A DNA stretch of 64,000 bases from Verrucomicrobiota bacterium (GCA_039193385.1 JBCCWR010000002.1:2966-66965); one strand, 5' to 3'; numbered from the stretch's first letter, positions 28,965 to 37,758 are shown. Notes: generated by a model not told the origin, from the sequence alone. Numbers and translations are program-made.

Positions 28965-29065
28965 CCCTGTCTTGCATATCAGATTGCGTGCAACGCAATA
29001 CCTCGAAATGCGATTGGCTGAAGTAAGACCCGCTGTATGGTTTCGTCTTATCTTCATATACTCCT

Positions 29066-29989
29066 ATGAAATCCTTCCTCTTATTGACTCTAGCGTTCTT
29101 AGCTGTGCCCTTTTTTAGCCTAAAAGCGAAACCAAAAATCACCAGCTACTTAGAGGTGATATCCGTTGAAACAAAAAAGAGAGAGATTGTGCTTGAGCAC
29201 AATTTGAAAATCAATGCCCCCAATTGGTCCCCTACTGGTGAATTCTTTGTGGTTAACTTTGACGGGAAGCTGCATAAAATTGATCGGGCAGGAAAAGAAA
29301 TTAAAGAAATTGATACCGGTTTTGCAGATCGCTGTAACAACGATCATGGCATATCTCCAGATGGTACCCGCCTGGCCATCAGTCACTCGCCTCGCAACGA
29401 AGATGGAAATAAAGGGGTTTCAACCATATATACCGCTCCGATTGAAGATGGAAAGCCCGTGCAAATTACGATGAAAAATCCTTCATGGTGGCATGGCTGG
29501 TCTCCTGACGGAAAGACTCTAGCCTACACCGCCAGCCGCAATAAAAACATTGATATTTATACCATTCCCGTGGATGGCGGCGAGGAAACACGGCTGACAG
29601 ACTCTCCCGCTCACGACGACGGCGCAGATTATTCTCCCGACGGAAAATACATCTATTGGAATTCTCATTCCTCCGGCAGCATGGAAATCTGGCGTATGAA
29701 GGTAGATGGCAGTGACAAAATCCAAATCACGAAAGATGCCCATTCCAATTGGTTTCCTCATCCTTCACCGGATGGTAAGTATTTGGTCTACCTCTGTTAT
29801 CTCGAAGATCAGGGTAATGCTCATCCTTCCTGGAAAGATGTCAAACTTAGATTGATCGATTTAGAAACAAGCGAAACCACCGATTTAACGGATGTTTTCC
29901 TCGGTGGACAGGGCACAATTAATGTCCCCTCCTGGTCGCCAGACAGTCGCTATGTCGCCTTTGTAAGTTATGACCTAGAGCATTTTTGA
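29066..29989 (+). CDS. TolB-like beta-propeller (PD40 repeat) protein with its 3' end remodelled by the IS630 insertion
   Basis: Signal peptide present. Repeated PD40 motifs [37 protein letters not shown] and [10 protein letters not shown]. The last three codons and the stop lie inside the IS630 terminal repeat. Confidence 0.75.
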   Translation: MKSFLLLTLAFLAVPFFSLKAKPKITSYLEVISVETKKREIVLEHNLKINAPNWSPTGEFFVVNFDGKLHKIDRAGKEIKEIDTGFADRCNNDHGISPDGTRLAISHSPRNEDGNKGVSTIYTAPIEDGKPVQITMKNPSWWHGWSPDGKTLAYTASRNKNIDIYTIPVDGGEETRLTDSPAHDDGADYSPDGKYIYWNSHSSGSMEIWRMKVDGSDKIQITKDAHSNWFPHPSPDGKYLVYLCYLEDQGNAHPSWKDVKLRLIDLETSETTDLTDVFLGGQGTINVPSWSPDSRYVAFVSYDLEHF

Positions 29990-29996
29990 ATTAAAT

Positions 29997-30597
29997 TTAA
30001 ACATAGTTGCAGTGATGAAAGAAGTTTCTGCATTCATCGGCCGAGAAGGAGTCAAAACTAGCAACGACAGCCTCCACAAGCTCATCCCAAGTTCTTTTTG
30101 CTGCTTGACGTAAAAGAGCTTTAAATTTAGCAAAAGCCATTTCTATAGGATTAAGGTCTGGGCTGTATGCGGGAAGATAAACTAGCTCGGCCCCCGCCGC
30201 TTCAATAGCTTCTCTAACGCCTTTTACTTTGTGAGCAGGTAGGTTATCACAGATAACAATATCACCTTTACTAAGGGTTGGGCAGAGATGTTGGATAATA
30301 TAGCTTACAAACATTTCTCCATCCATTGCACCATCAACAAGCAATGGCGCAGTCAGTGCGTTATATCTTAGTGCTGCCAAAAACGTGGAGCTATTCCAAT
30401 GACCGTATGGAACCTGGTCATGGCAACGTTCTCCTCGAAAAGCTCTTCCATAGAGACGAGTCATTTTGGTATTTACACCAGTTTCATCTAGAAAAACAAG
30501 TTTCTGAGGATTCCATATAAGTTGATCCCATTTCCATTGTAGACGTTTGGCTTCTATATCAGCGCGTCCACGTTCGCTGGCTCGAAACGTTTTTTTT
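29997..30597 (-). CDS. IS630 transposase, DDE_3 catalytic part (orfB, +1 frame relative to orfA)
   Basis: The frame is open back to the A8 run (T8 at 30590-30597 on the plus strand). It carries LVFLDETGVNT, DNLPAHK and YSPDLNPIEMAF (DDE). A7 instead of A8 would fuse orfA and orfB into about 311 aa. Confidence 0.85.
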
Positions 30598-30933
30598 AAA
30601 GCTATAGCCCATCTTAGTCAGATGATAGTGCAGAGTTGCTAGACTAATGCTTAACTCATGTTGGTCATAAAGCTTTTCTTGCATTTGCTCCAAAGTTATT
30701 CCTGGAGTTTTTTTGATCCATTCGATGAGCTGCTTTTTATACGGTTGAAGCTTGCTTTTGAGATGGCCGCCCTGCTGTTTATAATACACTTCTCCCCTTT
30801 GTTTGTACCTTTTCCAATAATGACAGATTGTTGTTCTATTAATTCCAAAACTATGGGCTGCCTGGCTTTGACTCATACCTGCTTCAAGGGCTCTAATAAT
30901 TTTCTCTCTTAAATCTTTGCTATAAGCTTTCAT
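30559..30933 (-). CDS. IS630 transposase, N-terminal HTH part (orfA)
   Basis: MKAYSKDLREKIIRALEAGMSQSQAAHSFGINRTTICHYWKRYKQRG is a typical IS630/Tc1 paired-like HTH. The frame ends shortly after an A8 run. Confidence 0.85.
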   Translation of the reverse strand: MKAYSKDLREKIIRALEAGMSQSQAAHSFGINRTTICHYWKRYKQRGEVYYKQQGGHLKSKLQPYKKQLIEWIKKTPGITLEQMQEKLYDQHELSISLATLHYHLTKMGYSFKKNVSSQRTWTR

Positions 30934-31039
30934 CCTTAAGCTTATAATTCTACATAATCACAATGTACAGCTTGTTGTGACTTAATTCAAAAATCCTCTA
31001 GTAGAATAATGTATGGACTGCTCTTGAAGCTATTTCTTG

Positions 31040-31059
31040 AAACCCGCATGATGCCATAG
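31040..31059 (+). repeat. Copy of the dispersed intergenic repeat (left-half type)
   Basis: aaacccgcatgatgccatag lies between the IS630 end and the sulfatase stop. Confidence 0.6.
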
Positions 31060-31143
31060 ACAGCAAGCTGTGGAGCCTGATGTGATTGATCCCCATGAAG
31101 CCAGGCTTCGGTACGATGGGCTGGCCTGGATGAAGGCGAGAGG

Positions 31144-32673
31144 TCAGGGAATTTGAATGGCCAGAGTTGCTCCTTCTTTCACGGGAAAGAGAGCCTTTTT
31201 TTGTTCCAGAAGCTGGGACATTTCCTGAAGCATTTGTTTGAGTTTCTCAGGGTTGGAGGTGGCTAGATTCTCAGATTCGCTGCGATCGCTCTTGAGGTTG
31301 AAAAGCTCATACGGCCCATGAGAACTCTTTTCATTTACGTAGTGATAAATGACTTTCCAGTCTCCAGAGCAGTAGGAGGTGAAGTACGCCGACTGATGAG
31401 CATGAGGAAAATGATTGAGGAAGGCTTCCTGGCGGCTTGTATCCGGAGCTCCTGTGAGGAGTGTGTTGAGGCTTTGTCCGTCTATGACATGCCCATCTAC
31501 CTTATCTATACCCACGAGTTCGAGAATGGTGGGAAAAAGATCCATAATGGTTCCCATTTGTGATTGTGTTGCGCCAGATGCAATGGGGAGTTTTTGTTGA
31601 AGTTCTTGCATTGCCTTCCCTTGAGCAGGCTTGGCCCATGCGGCAATGAAAGGGACACGCATGCCGCCTTCATAGTGATTGGACTTTCTACCACGCAGGG
31701 GTGCTGAGTTGCCCACCGCATGATTTTTGCCTATCGGTGAAGCAGAGCCATTGTCGCCCAAGAAAAAGAGGAGTGTCTCTTCTTCGATACCGATCTTTTC
31801 TAAGGCCTTAAGCAGATCTCCCAGAGACTTATCCATCCCTTCAATTAAGGTGGCAAAGTTTTGTGCTTTGGTATTGCTTATGCTCTCTGTGTAGTTCGCT
31901 TCAAAACGAGGATCTCTTTCAAATGGACCGTGAGCGGCGTAATGAGACAAGTGCAGGAAGAAGGGCTGCTGTGCTTCGTGTGCTGCTTTTATTTGTTCAA
32001 TTGCTTCCAGGGTCAAAGCATCACTTAAGTGGGTGTCGGACCCGTGGTACTTTTGGAGATGTGGGACGGGGTGTTTGCCGTTTTTTCCTGTATAATTGTT
32101 CCCTGCTGAGTAGCTACCGGGTGAGCCTATGGCGCTTCCGGCAATATTGATATCAAACCCAGCGACTAAGGGGTCGCTCCCTGTGTGCTCATGCGGCCCC
32201 AAGTGAGCCTTTCCTACATGAATGGTTTTATAGCCGGAACTTTGTAAGAGCCGTGGGAGCGTAACCGAGGATTCATTGAGACCCGGCCAATTCCATTCGG
32301 GAGGATCGAAAGCCCCCTTATTTCTTTTGTTGGGACTGATCCATTGAGTTGTGCGATGCCGGGCGGAATTTTGTCCTGTCAATAAAGAGACACGTGAGGG
32401 TGAACATACCGAATGAGCATAAAACCTGGAAAAGCGTATACCCCGTGCTGCAAGCACCTCCATGCTGGGGGTTTGGTAAAGATCATTGAGAGGATGTTTT
32501 TCTGGATTGCCTTCCGCATCCACCAGCATGGGGACAGATGTATCCATGAGGCCCATGTCATCTACTAGGAAAATGATGATGTTAGGCTGTTTCGTCTCTG
32601 CTTGGAGCATAGGTAAGCCCACGACGACTAGAATACATGAGACGACTATTTTGATAGGTATGCTGAAGTTCAT
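31144..32673 (-). CDS. Arylsulfatase (S1 family)
   Basis: PNIIIFLVDDMG, signature SVCSPSRVSLLTGQ, GKAHLG and FLGDNG. Signal peptide present. Confidence 0.92.
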   Translation of the reverse strand: MNFSIPIKIVVSCILVVVGLPMLQAETKQPNIIIFLVDDMGLMDTSVPMLVDAEGNPEKHPLNDLYQTPSMEVLAARGIRFSRFYAHSVCSPSRVSLLTGQNSARHRTTQWISPNKRNKGAFDPPEWNWPGLNESSVTLPRLLQSSGYKTIHVGKAHLGPHEHTGSDPLVAGFDINIAGSAIGSPGSYSAGNNYTGKNGKHPVPHLQKYHGSDTHLSDALTLEAIEQIKAAHEAQQPFFLHLSHYAAHGPFERDPRFEANYTESISNTKAQNFATLIEGMDKSLGDLLKALEKIGIEEETLLFFLGDNGSASPIGKNHAVGNSAPLRGRKSNHYEGGMRVPFIAAWAKPAQGKAMQELQQKLPIASGATQSQMGTIMDLFPTILELVGIDKVDGHVIDGQSLNTLLTGAPDTSRQEAFLNHFPHAHQSAYFTSYCSGDWKVIYHYVNEKSSHGPYELFNLKSDRSESENLATSNPEKLKQMLQEMSQLLEQKKALFPVKEGATLAIQIP

Positions 32674-32855
32674 TAGTTTATAACAATATTTGGATACATA
32701 AAAAAACTAAAGATAAGTTTATAAATTTAGAAATAACAAAAGCAATTTTTTGCCTTGACTACTGTATATAATGAGCATACACTGTATAACACACTGAGTT
32801 ATACTCATTTATCCACAATTAACTAAACTTAAATACTTCAAAGAAAGGAAAACGA

Positions 32856-33338
32856 ATGAAATACCAAATCATCACTCTAACGCTACTCACAGTATCTTTA
32901 TTCACTCCATTAACCGAAGCCTCTTCCATGGAGAAGGCTAAAGAGTTAATGAGATTGATGGAGGTGCGGAAGTCGATAGATGCGTCTCGAGCACAGATTT
33001 CTCAAATGAACCAACAAATGATAGCATCTCAAGGCTTGAGCGAAGAAGCGTCCAAGCAAGCCATCGCAGCAGCAGAGCAATCAATGGAGGCCTCTTTCAA
33101 TGCTATGGAAGAGATCAATTGGGAAGGTATATTTGGAGAAATTTATAGCTCGGTTTTTACTGAGGAAGAACTTCAGGGTTTAATCGATTTTTATAAATCC
33201 CCTGTAGGCCAGAAGTTCATTAAAAAGCAACCTGAGCTGCAAGCTGCTACCATGCAAAAAATGCAGGTAGAAATGATGAAGATAATGCCACAGATTCAGT
33301 CGGATGTGATGAACGCTATCCAGGAAGCCAAGAAATAA
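32856..33338 (+). CDS. DUF2059-domain periplasmic protein
   Basis: Signal peptide present. FTEEELQGLIDFYKSPVGQKFIKKQPEL matches the DUF2059 core. Confidence 0.6.
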   Translation: MKYQIITLTLLTVSLFTPLTEASSMEKAKELMRLMEVRKSIDASRAQISQMNQQMIASQGLSEEASKQAIAAAEQSMEASFNAMEEINWEGIFGEIYSSVFTEEELQGLIDFYKSPVGQKFIKKQPELQAATMQKMQVEMMKIMPQIQSDVMNAIQEAKK

Positions 33339-33433
33339 ACTTTTGATAGATTAACGGTAGCGTAAAAGCCAACTAGAGACGGATTTAACGACTCGTAGCT
33401 GATTCTAGACATTGGACTTTGTTTCCTCATTCC

Positions 33434-33841
33434 ATGGCAAAAGACCCCTCCATAGCACTTCTGGTAGGCCCTATCTCGGCATCTGGATCAGGACCTCTCT
33501 ATCGGCAAATCGTTGATGGTTTTCAGCGAGCTGTGAGCGAGGGCAACCTTAAGCCTGGCTCTCCCTTGCCGAGCTTTCGAGTGCTCGCTGAGGAGTTGAT
33601 GGTCAGCCTCATTACGGTGAAGCGAGCCTATGAAGAACTGGAACGGGAAGGCATTATCTACCGCCATCAGGGTTTGGGAACCTTTATCTCTGAAAAGGGA
33701 GTAGTAGCCAGCCGCGAAGCGAAGCTCAACAAAGCACGCGAGATGATCGCAGTCGCAACCAAAGAGGCAGCCGAGGCAGGTCTAGAAGAGGAGGCTATCC
33801 AAAGACTGGCTTACGAAGCTGTTAAACAGACCCTCAATTAA
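33434..33841 (+). CDS. GntR-family transcriptional regulator (short, YtrA-like)
   Basis: Winged-helix segment LYRQIVDGFQRAVSEGNLKPGSPLPSFRVLAEELMVSLITVKRAYEELEREGIIYRHQGLGTFI. The short C-terminus is typical of the YtrA subfamily. An alternative TTG start lies at 33419. Confidence 0.85.
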   Translation: MAKDPSIALLVGPISASGSGPLYRQIVDGFQRAVSEGNLKPGSPLPSFRVLAEELMVSLITVKRAYEELEREGIIYRHQGLGTFISEKGVVASREAKLNKAREMIAVATKEAAEAGLEEEAIQRLAYEAVKQTLN

Positions 33842-33852
33842 CAAACACCACC

Positions 33853-34758
33853 ATGAGAGAACAAAACGAAAACGCCATAACGATCCAAGGCCTCCGTAAG
33901 ACCTTTTCCGGTTTTCAACTAGGACCTTTGGATATGAATATCCCGAAGGGATCTGTATACGGATATGTCGGGCCTAATGGTTCTGGAAAGACGACGACGC
34001 TGGATCTCCTATTCGCAATGGGTGTGCCTGATGGCGGCACCGTACAAATGTGCGGAATCGACGCTTTCCGTGATGAGGTAGCGATGAAACGGAAGGCTGC
34101 CTACATGCCCACGGACATCAGCTACGCCACCTGGGGCGTGGTCTGGAAAGCCATCCGCTTCGTGCGTGGTTTTCACACCGACCGTTGGGATGACGCCTAC
34201 TGCGAGTCTTTGCTCAAGCGTTTTGACATCGGCTCACACGACAAGATATCTTCCCTCTCTTTCGGTAGCCAAACCAAACTCGCTCTCATTCTCGCCTTGT
34301 CCTGGAAACCTGAGATCCTTGTATTGGACGAACCCTCGACAGGGCTCGATGCCCTGGCCAAGCGAGAACTCTATGCCGAGTTACTTGACATCGTGAGTGA
34401 TGAAGAGCGCACGATTCTTGTTTCTTCCCACAACCTTGCAGACCTCGAACGATTTGCCGATCACCTCGGAATCATCCGGAAGGGTAAGATCATCCATGAA
34501 GGGCCCACGAACGAAATCGTGGATCGCTACCGCTTGGTCAAATTCCAGTTGCCTGAAGGCAGGGACTTCGAATCCGAGCCAGGGCTGACGCTCATGGCCA
34601 ATCAAGGAGGGCACTGCCAAGTGTTGGTGGATCAAAAACTAGTGCCTATCGAGGCTCTAGCGGCACGGGGAATTTCTGTAAAGAACCAGACTAGCCTTAA
34701 CTTAGAGGATCTCTTCGTAGCCCTTCTCAAGCCAAACTCAACCTCGAGCGACTCATGA
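33853..34758 (+). CDS. ABC transporter ATP-binding protein
   Basis: Walker A GPNGSGKTT, signature LSFGSQTKL, Walker B ILVLDEPSTGLD and H-loop SSHN. It overlaps the next gene by 4 nt. Confidence 0.9.
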   Translation: MREQNENAITIQGLRKTFSGFQLGPLDMNIPKGSVYGYVGPNGSGKTTTLDLLFAMGVPDGGTVQMCGIDAFRDEVAMKRKAAYMPTDISYATWGVVWKAIRFVRGFHTDRWDDAYCESLLKRFDIGSHDKISSLSFGSQTKLALILALSWKPEILVLDEPSTGLDALAKRELYAELLDIVSDEERTILVSSHNLADLERFADHLGIIRKGKIIHEGPTNEIVDRYRLVKFQLPEGRDFESEPGLTLMANQGGHCQVLVDQKLVPIEALAARGISVKNQTSLNLEDLFVALLKPNSTSSDS

Positions 34759-36113
34759 TCAAACAGATAGCATTCGATTATTTGGCACGGTGGGGATGGC
34801 TGTGGTGTCTTGGACTCCTGCTACACCTCTTCGCATCCGTTAGTGGTCTCTGGGTGGAGGACCCCTTCGTTTTTTTATACGGCCTTATTGCTCTAAGCGC
34901 CCTTCTTCTCTTGGTCGACGCACATCGTGGAGCTGCACGAGCAATCCTTTTGCAATCCGCCAACTATGTAAAACTGGGAAGGACCTGGTGGTGGATGGCG
35001 GTGGGAATTCCATTTCTCTTGCTCGGTGCCACAGTGGTCTTATCTGCTGGAATAGCATGGCTCTTTTTCGAGGAGCCGCACTTTCATCTCAATCAGTTTC
35101 TGTTCGCACTCTTTTTCCCTCCCATCTCGCTGGGAATGATCTTCATTGGATGCACTGGAAGTTCAAAAGTGTTTCAACCACAGAGAAAAGAAGGATGGAT
35201 CTGTTTTTTGATTGGGTTTGTCGGTTTTTATGGGGTAATAGGAGATTATCTTGTCCCATCTAATGTAACTACAGGTATCGTAGTTGCTCTAGGTATTCTT
35301 TGTCCGGTGATCGCCTGGTTTCGCGCGCCCCGGCTCGTGTTGTGGAGAATCGGTGCTATTGCAGAAGCAGATCACGTGTCCAATAAAAATGTGTCTTCTT
35401 CGATACTTCCTCCTGCTGTTCGTCGCCGTTACACCCTTTTCACTCTCTTGTTGTCCTACCATCTACCCCTATTCGGCGTCCTGGGGTTGGGCCTCTTCGC
35501 GTTTTTGATGGTGTATACCAGCGGCTTTTCAGAGCAACCCGAGCTATCGCGAGAGCCAAGGCTATTTCTTGTTTCGGGGTTAAACGGCGCAATGATCGTG
35601 TCCTTCTTCATGAGCCAAGGAATGATCCTTTCCCAGCTTCGACTCCTGCGCCTCGCCCCTCTGACCCGAAGCAAGATTACCTCACTTGTTGTCTTCGGAT
35701 GCACAGCAGGCTCTTTGGTGTGGGCAGGGGTTCTGCTTCTTATCTTCTTGGTACTTCCATGGCTCATACATCCTGAGACACCGACTGTTCAACTCCTGAG
35801 ATATTTATCGAAGGATGTCATCGGGACTATTCCTCTAAGTCTTACTATGATCTTCTTTATGTCGAGTGCATACTCGCTATCTCTGCTATATGGCCAAACC
35901 GTAGCGGGGCACCTCATTCAATTTATCGGAGGCACGCTGACATTTTATTTGATCTTCTTCGGAGGCACACTGGCTTTGAGCTACGGGTCTGACTACCCCT
36001 CATGGCCTTTTTACATAGCGTTTGTGACCATGGTGATCACGGCCTGGCTGACCACATATGCGGTGCTCGGTAAAAACACGCTCTGGAGAGCCATCGTTAC
36101 TAGGCCGAAGTGA
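34755..36113 (+). CDS. Multi-pass membrane protein, presumed permease partner of the ABC ATPase
   Basis: 452 aa with about 12 hydrophobic segments. It is translationally coupled to the ATPase gene. No recognisable family motif was seen. Confidence 0.55.
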   Translation: MIKQIAFDYLARWGWLWCLGLLLHLFASVSGLWVEDPFVFLYGLIALSALLLLVDAHRGAARAILLQSANYVKLGRTWWWMAVGIPFLLLGATVVLSAGIAWLFFEEPHFHLNQFLFALFFPPISLGMIFIGCTGSSKVFQPQRKEGWICFLIGFVGFYGVIGDYLVPSNVTTGIVVALGILCPVIAWFRAPRLVLWRIGAIAEADHVSNKNVSSSILPPAVRRRYTLFTLLLSYHLPLFGVLGLGLFAFLMVYTSGFSEQPELSREPRLFLVSGLNGAMIVSFFMSQGMILSQLRLLRLAPLTRSKITSLVVFGCTAGSLVWAGVLLLIFLVLPWLIHPETPTVQLLRYLSKDVIGTIPLSLTMIFFMSSAYSLSLLYGQTVAGHLIQFIGGTLTFYLIFFGGTLALSYGSDYPSWPFYIAFVTMVITAWLTTYAVLGKNTLWRAIVTRPK

Positions 36114-36245
36114 CAATGAGACCACATCAAAGAGTTCGATCGGGCTCTCTATCTTAGACCACTCAAAGGAAATAAGAGATAGGAAAATTATCCTATGGGC
36201 TGAATACGAAGTCCTGAATGACTCTTATTTAACCTCCATCAAACA

Positions 36246-36268
36246 ATAGAGGGCGAGTCAGATGTGCC
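36246..36268 (+). repeat. Copy of the dispersed intergenic repeat (right-half type)
   Basis: atagagggcgagtcagatgtgcc matches 8318-8340 and 10659-10681. Confidence 0.6.
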
Positions 36269-36294
36269 TAACTTTTCCATAGTAGACAGACAGG

Positions 36295-36367
36295 TATAAC
36301 GTAAAGGGTTTATGGATCACTTACACTCTGAGGCTCGTTGTCCATAGCCAGAACTGATCTCACTTTC
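36295..36367 (+). repeat. 73-nt direct repeat, copy 1
   Basis: tataacgtaaagggtttatggatcacttacactctgaggctcgttgtccatagccagaactgatctcactttc matches 37620-37692 at 72 of 73 positions. Confidence 0.9.
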
Positions 36368-36397
36368 CAGCCAGAGGGCATTTGTTATTTGCTTGTC

Positions 36398-36489
36398 CTA
36401 CGATCTGCGAATTGACATCTATTCTTCTGAATTGATTGCTCACCTAGACGGGATCAACCAGGAAAAAGCAGTCAGTCTGCAGATCGTAG
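36398..36489. repeat. Inverted-repeat pair (19-mers, 54-nt spacer)
   Basis: ctacgatctgcgaattgac (36398-36416) faces gtcagtctgcagatcgtag (36471-36489). The arms are complementary at 17 of 19 positions. Confidence 0.8.
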
Positions 36490-36588
36490 AGCAAGCCAAA
36501 TAATAACAGCCTCATTCATCATTCCGGTTCACCTGAAACAGGGGAATAAGAAGTGGAATTTCGCTAAAGGTTGTTCTAAGTTATTTAT

Positions 36589-36783
36589 ATGACCGTCAAA
36601 GAAATAGCTCGTGATGTCGTGGAACATGCCCCTGATAGTTGTTCATGGGAAGAGTTAATAGACAACCTTCGGCTGAGACAGACTCTTGCTAAGAGCAGGG
36701 AAAACAGTGAACAAGGTGAAATGCTTACATCCCAAGAACTGAAGAAAGAGCTATCTGAATGGGCAACAAATCGTTCCACGTAA
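36589..36783 (+). CDS. Putative antitoxin of a ParE/RelE-type toxin-antitoxin pair
   Basis: A 64-aa acidic/helical protein directly upstream of the ParE-like gene and overlapping it by 25 nt. No confident family motif was seen. Confidence 0.5.
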   Translation: MTVKEIARDVVEHAPDSCSWEELIDNLRLRQTLAKSRENSEQGEMLTSQELKKELSEWATNRST

Positions 36784-37073
36784 TTTTTGCTCGTAATTCA
36801 AAAGAACATCTTCAATCCATTGCAGAGTATATAGCACCGGATGATCCCATTCGGGCCATAAGCTTTTGTGATGAGTTGATTGATTATGCGCTGACGCTTT
36901 CAAAAAGTCCGTACAAAGGAACGCCCTACAACATAGAGGGACATGAAGGATTACGAGTCATAGGCTACGGCAAAAGATACAAGTATTTGATTATCTATAA
37001 GGTGATTGAAGAGGAGGGTGTAGTAGAAGTATGGGCCTTTTGGCATGGATCAAGAATGCCGCCTGAACTCTAA
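36759..37073 (+). CDS. Type II toxin, RelE/ParE family
   Basis: 104 aa. FHVIFARNSKEHLQSIAEYIAPDDPIRAISFCDEL...YKYLIIYKVIEEEGVVEVWAFWHGSR follows the ParE plasmid-stabilisation pattern. Confidence 0.75.
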   Translation: MGNKSFHVIFARNSKEHLQSIAEYIAPDDPIRAISFCDELIDYALTLSKSPYKGTPYNIEGHEGLRVIGYGKRYKYLIIYKVIEEEGVVEVWAFWHGSRMPPEL

Positions 37074-37083
37074 CTTTCCCCTC

Positions 37084-37458
37084 ATCATTATCAAACCCAC
37101 CTCATCGAAATCGACCCATGAATCAGGCAGCCGTTTCGTCTTCGTCTACGACGGCCTCGACTAACGCATTGAAGCATTAGAGCACACCAGTGGTGCCCTC
37201 ACCAAGACAACCAGTTACCTCTATGATGGCCTCCTACCCGTCGCCCATCTTGACGAAACCAATGAAGTCACCCTCCATGTCACCAGAGGTCTCGACCTCT
37301 CAGGCACCATGTCCGGTGCCGGCGGCATTGGTGGCATCCTCGCCACCACGCGCACATCCATCATTCCGGACTCCTCATCTCAAACTGGGGAATCCAGTGG
37401 GTCACAGGGTGGATTTAGTCCTTCCTACTTCTTCTACCACGGCCTCAACAAGGGCTAA
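37084..37458 (+). pseudogene. Orphan RHS-core C-terminal fragment with an in-frame stop
   Basis: Frame 1 reads ..SGSRFVFVYDGLD*RIEALEHTSGALTKTTSYLYDGLLPVAHLDETNEVTLHVTRGLDLSGTMSGAGGIGGILATT...SYFFYH. It has YD repeats and the GGIGG motif that precedes the DPxGL site in RHS proteins. There is a TAA at 37162-37164, no start, and no toxin tip. Confidence 0.7.
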
Positions 37459-37603
37459 GGTTTTAGATGCCTTCTTTGCCTTAGGCTTATGATTGCTGGC
37501 GTTTTTAGCTACATACTCCCCACGGGCTCGCCTGCGATGACAAAACCATGTCGAAAAGGTCTGCTGGCCTATCCCATAATGCCTGCAAAATTGCGAAGCT
37601 GGC
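37433..37603 (-). mobile_element. Internal fragment of an IS66 tnpA (orf1) gene
   Basis: About 170 nt align with 41878-42037 of the complete IS66. It encodes MPASQFCRHYGIGQQTFSTWFCHRRRARGEY... No IS ends are present. Confidence 0.8.
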
Positions 37604-37619
37604 ATACCGCTTACACATA

Positions 37620-37692
37620 TATAACGTAAACGGTTTATGGATCACTTACACTCTGAGGCTCGTTGTCCATAGCCAGAACTGATCTCACTTTC
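37620..37692 (+). repeat. 73-nt direct repeat, copy 2
   Basis: Matches 36295-36367 at 72 of 73 positions. It lies 67 nt from the stop of the Y1 transposase gene. Confidence 0.9.
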
Positions 37693-37719
37693 GTATCTCT
37701 ATTTCTTCAACACCAAATA

Positions 37720-37738
37720 CTACGATCTGCAGACTGAC
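37720..37738. repeat. 19-mer that is the exact reverse complement of 36471-36489
   Basis: ctacgatctgcagactgac versus gtcagtctgcagatcgtag. The pair is a perfect inverted repeat bracketing about 1.27 kb. Confidence 0.9.
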
Positions 37739-37758
37739 TCTTTCTGCTTTAAGTCCCA

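Larger units (their letters stand above)
29978..30998 (-). mobile_element. IS630-family insertion sequence (1021 bp) flanked by a TA target duplication
   Basis: Terminal inverted repeats gagcatttttgaattaaat (29978-) and the reverse complement of acttaattcaaaaatcctc (-30998) match at 17 of 19 positions. TA is present at 29976-29977 and 30999-31000. The element encodes a two-frame HTH plus DDE_3 transposase. Confidence 0.88.

Noticed and set aside
37190-37492. 100-aa plus-strand ORF (GTG start)
   Set aside because: It is an out-of-frame shadow of the RHS fragment. The YD/GGIGG motifs are in frame 1, not in this frame.
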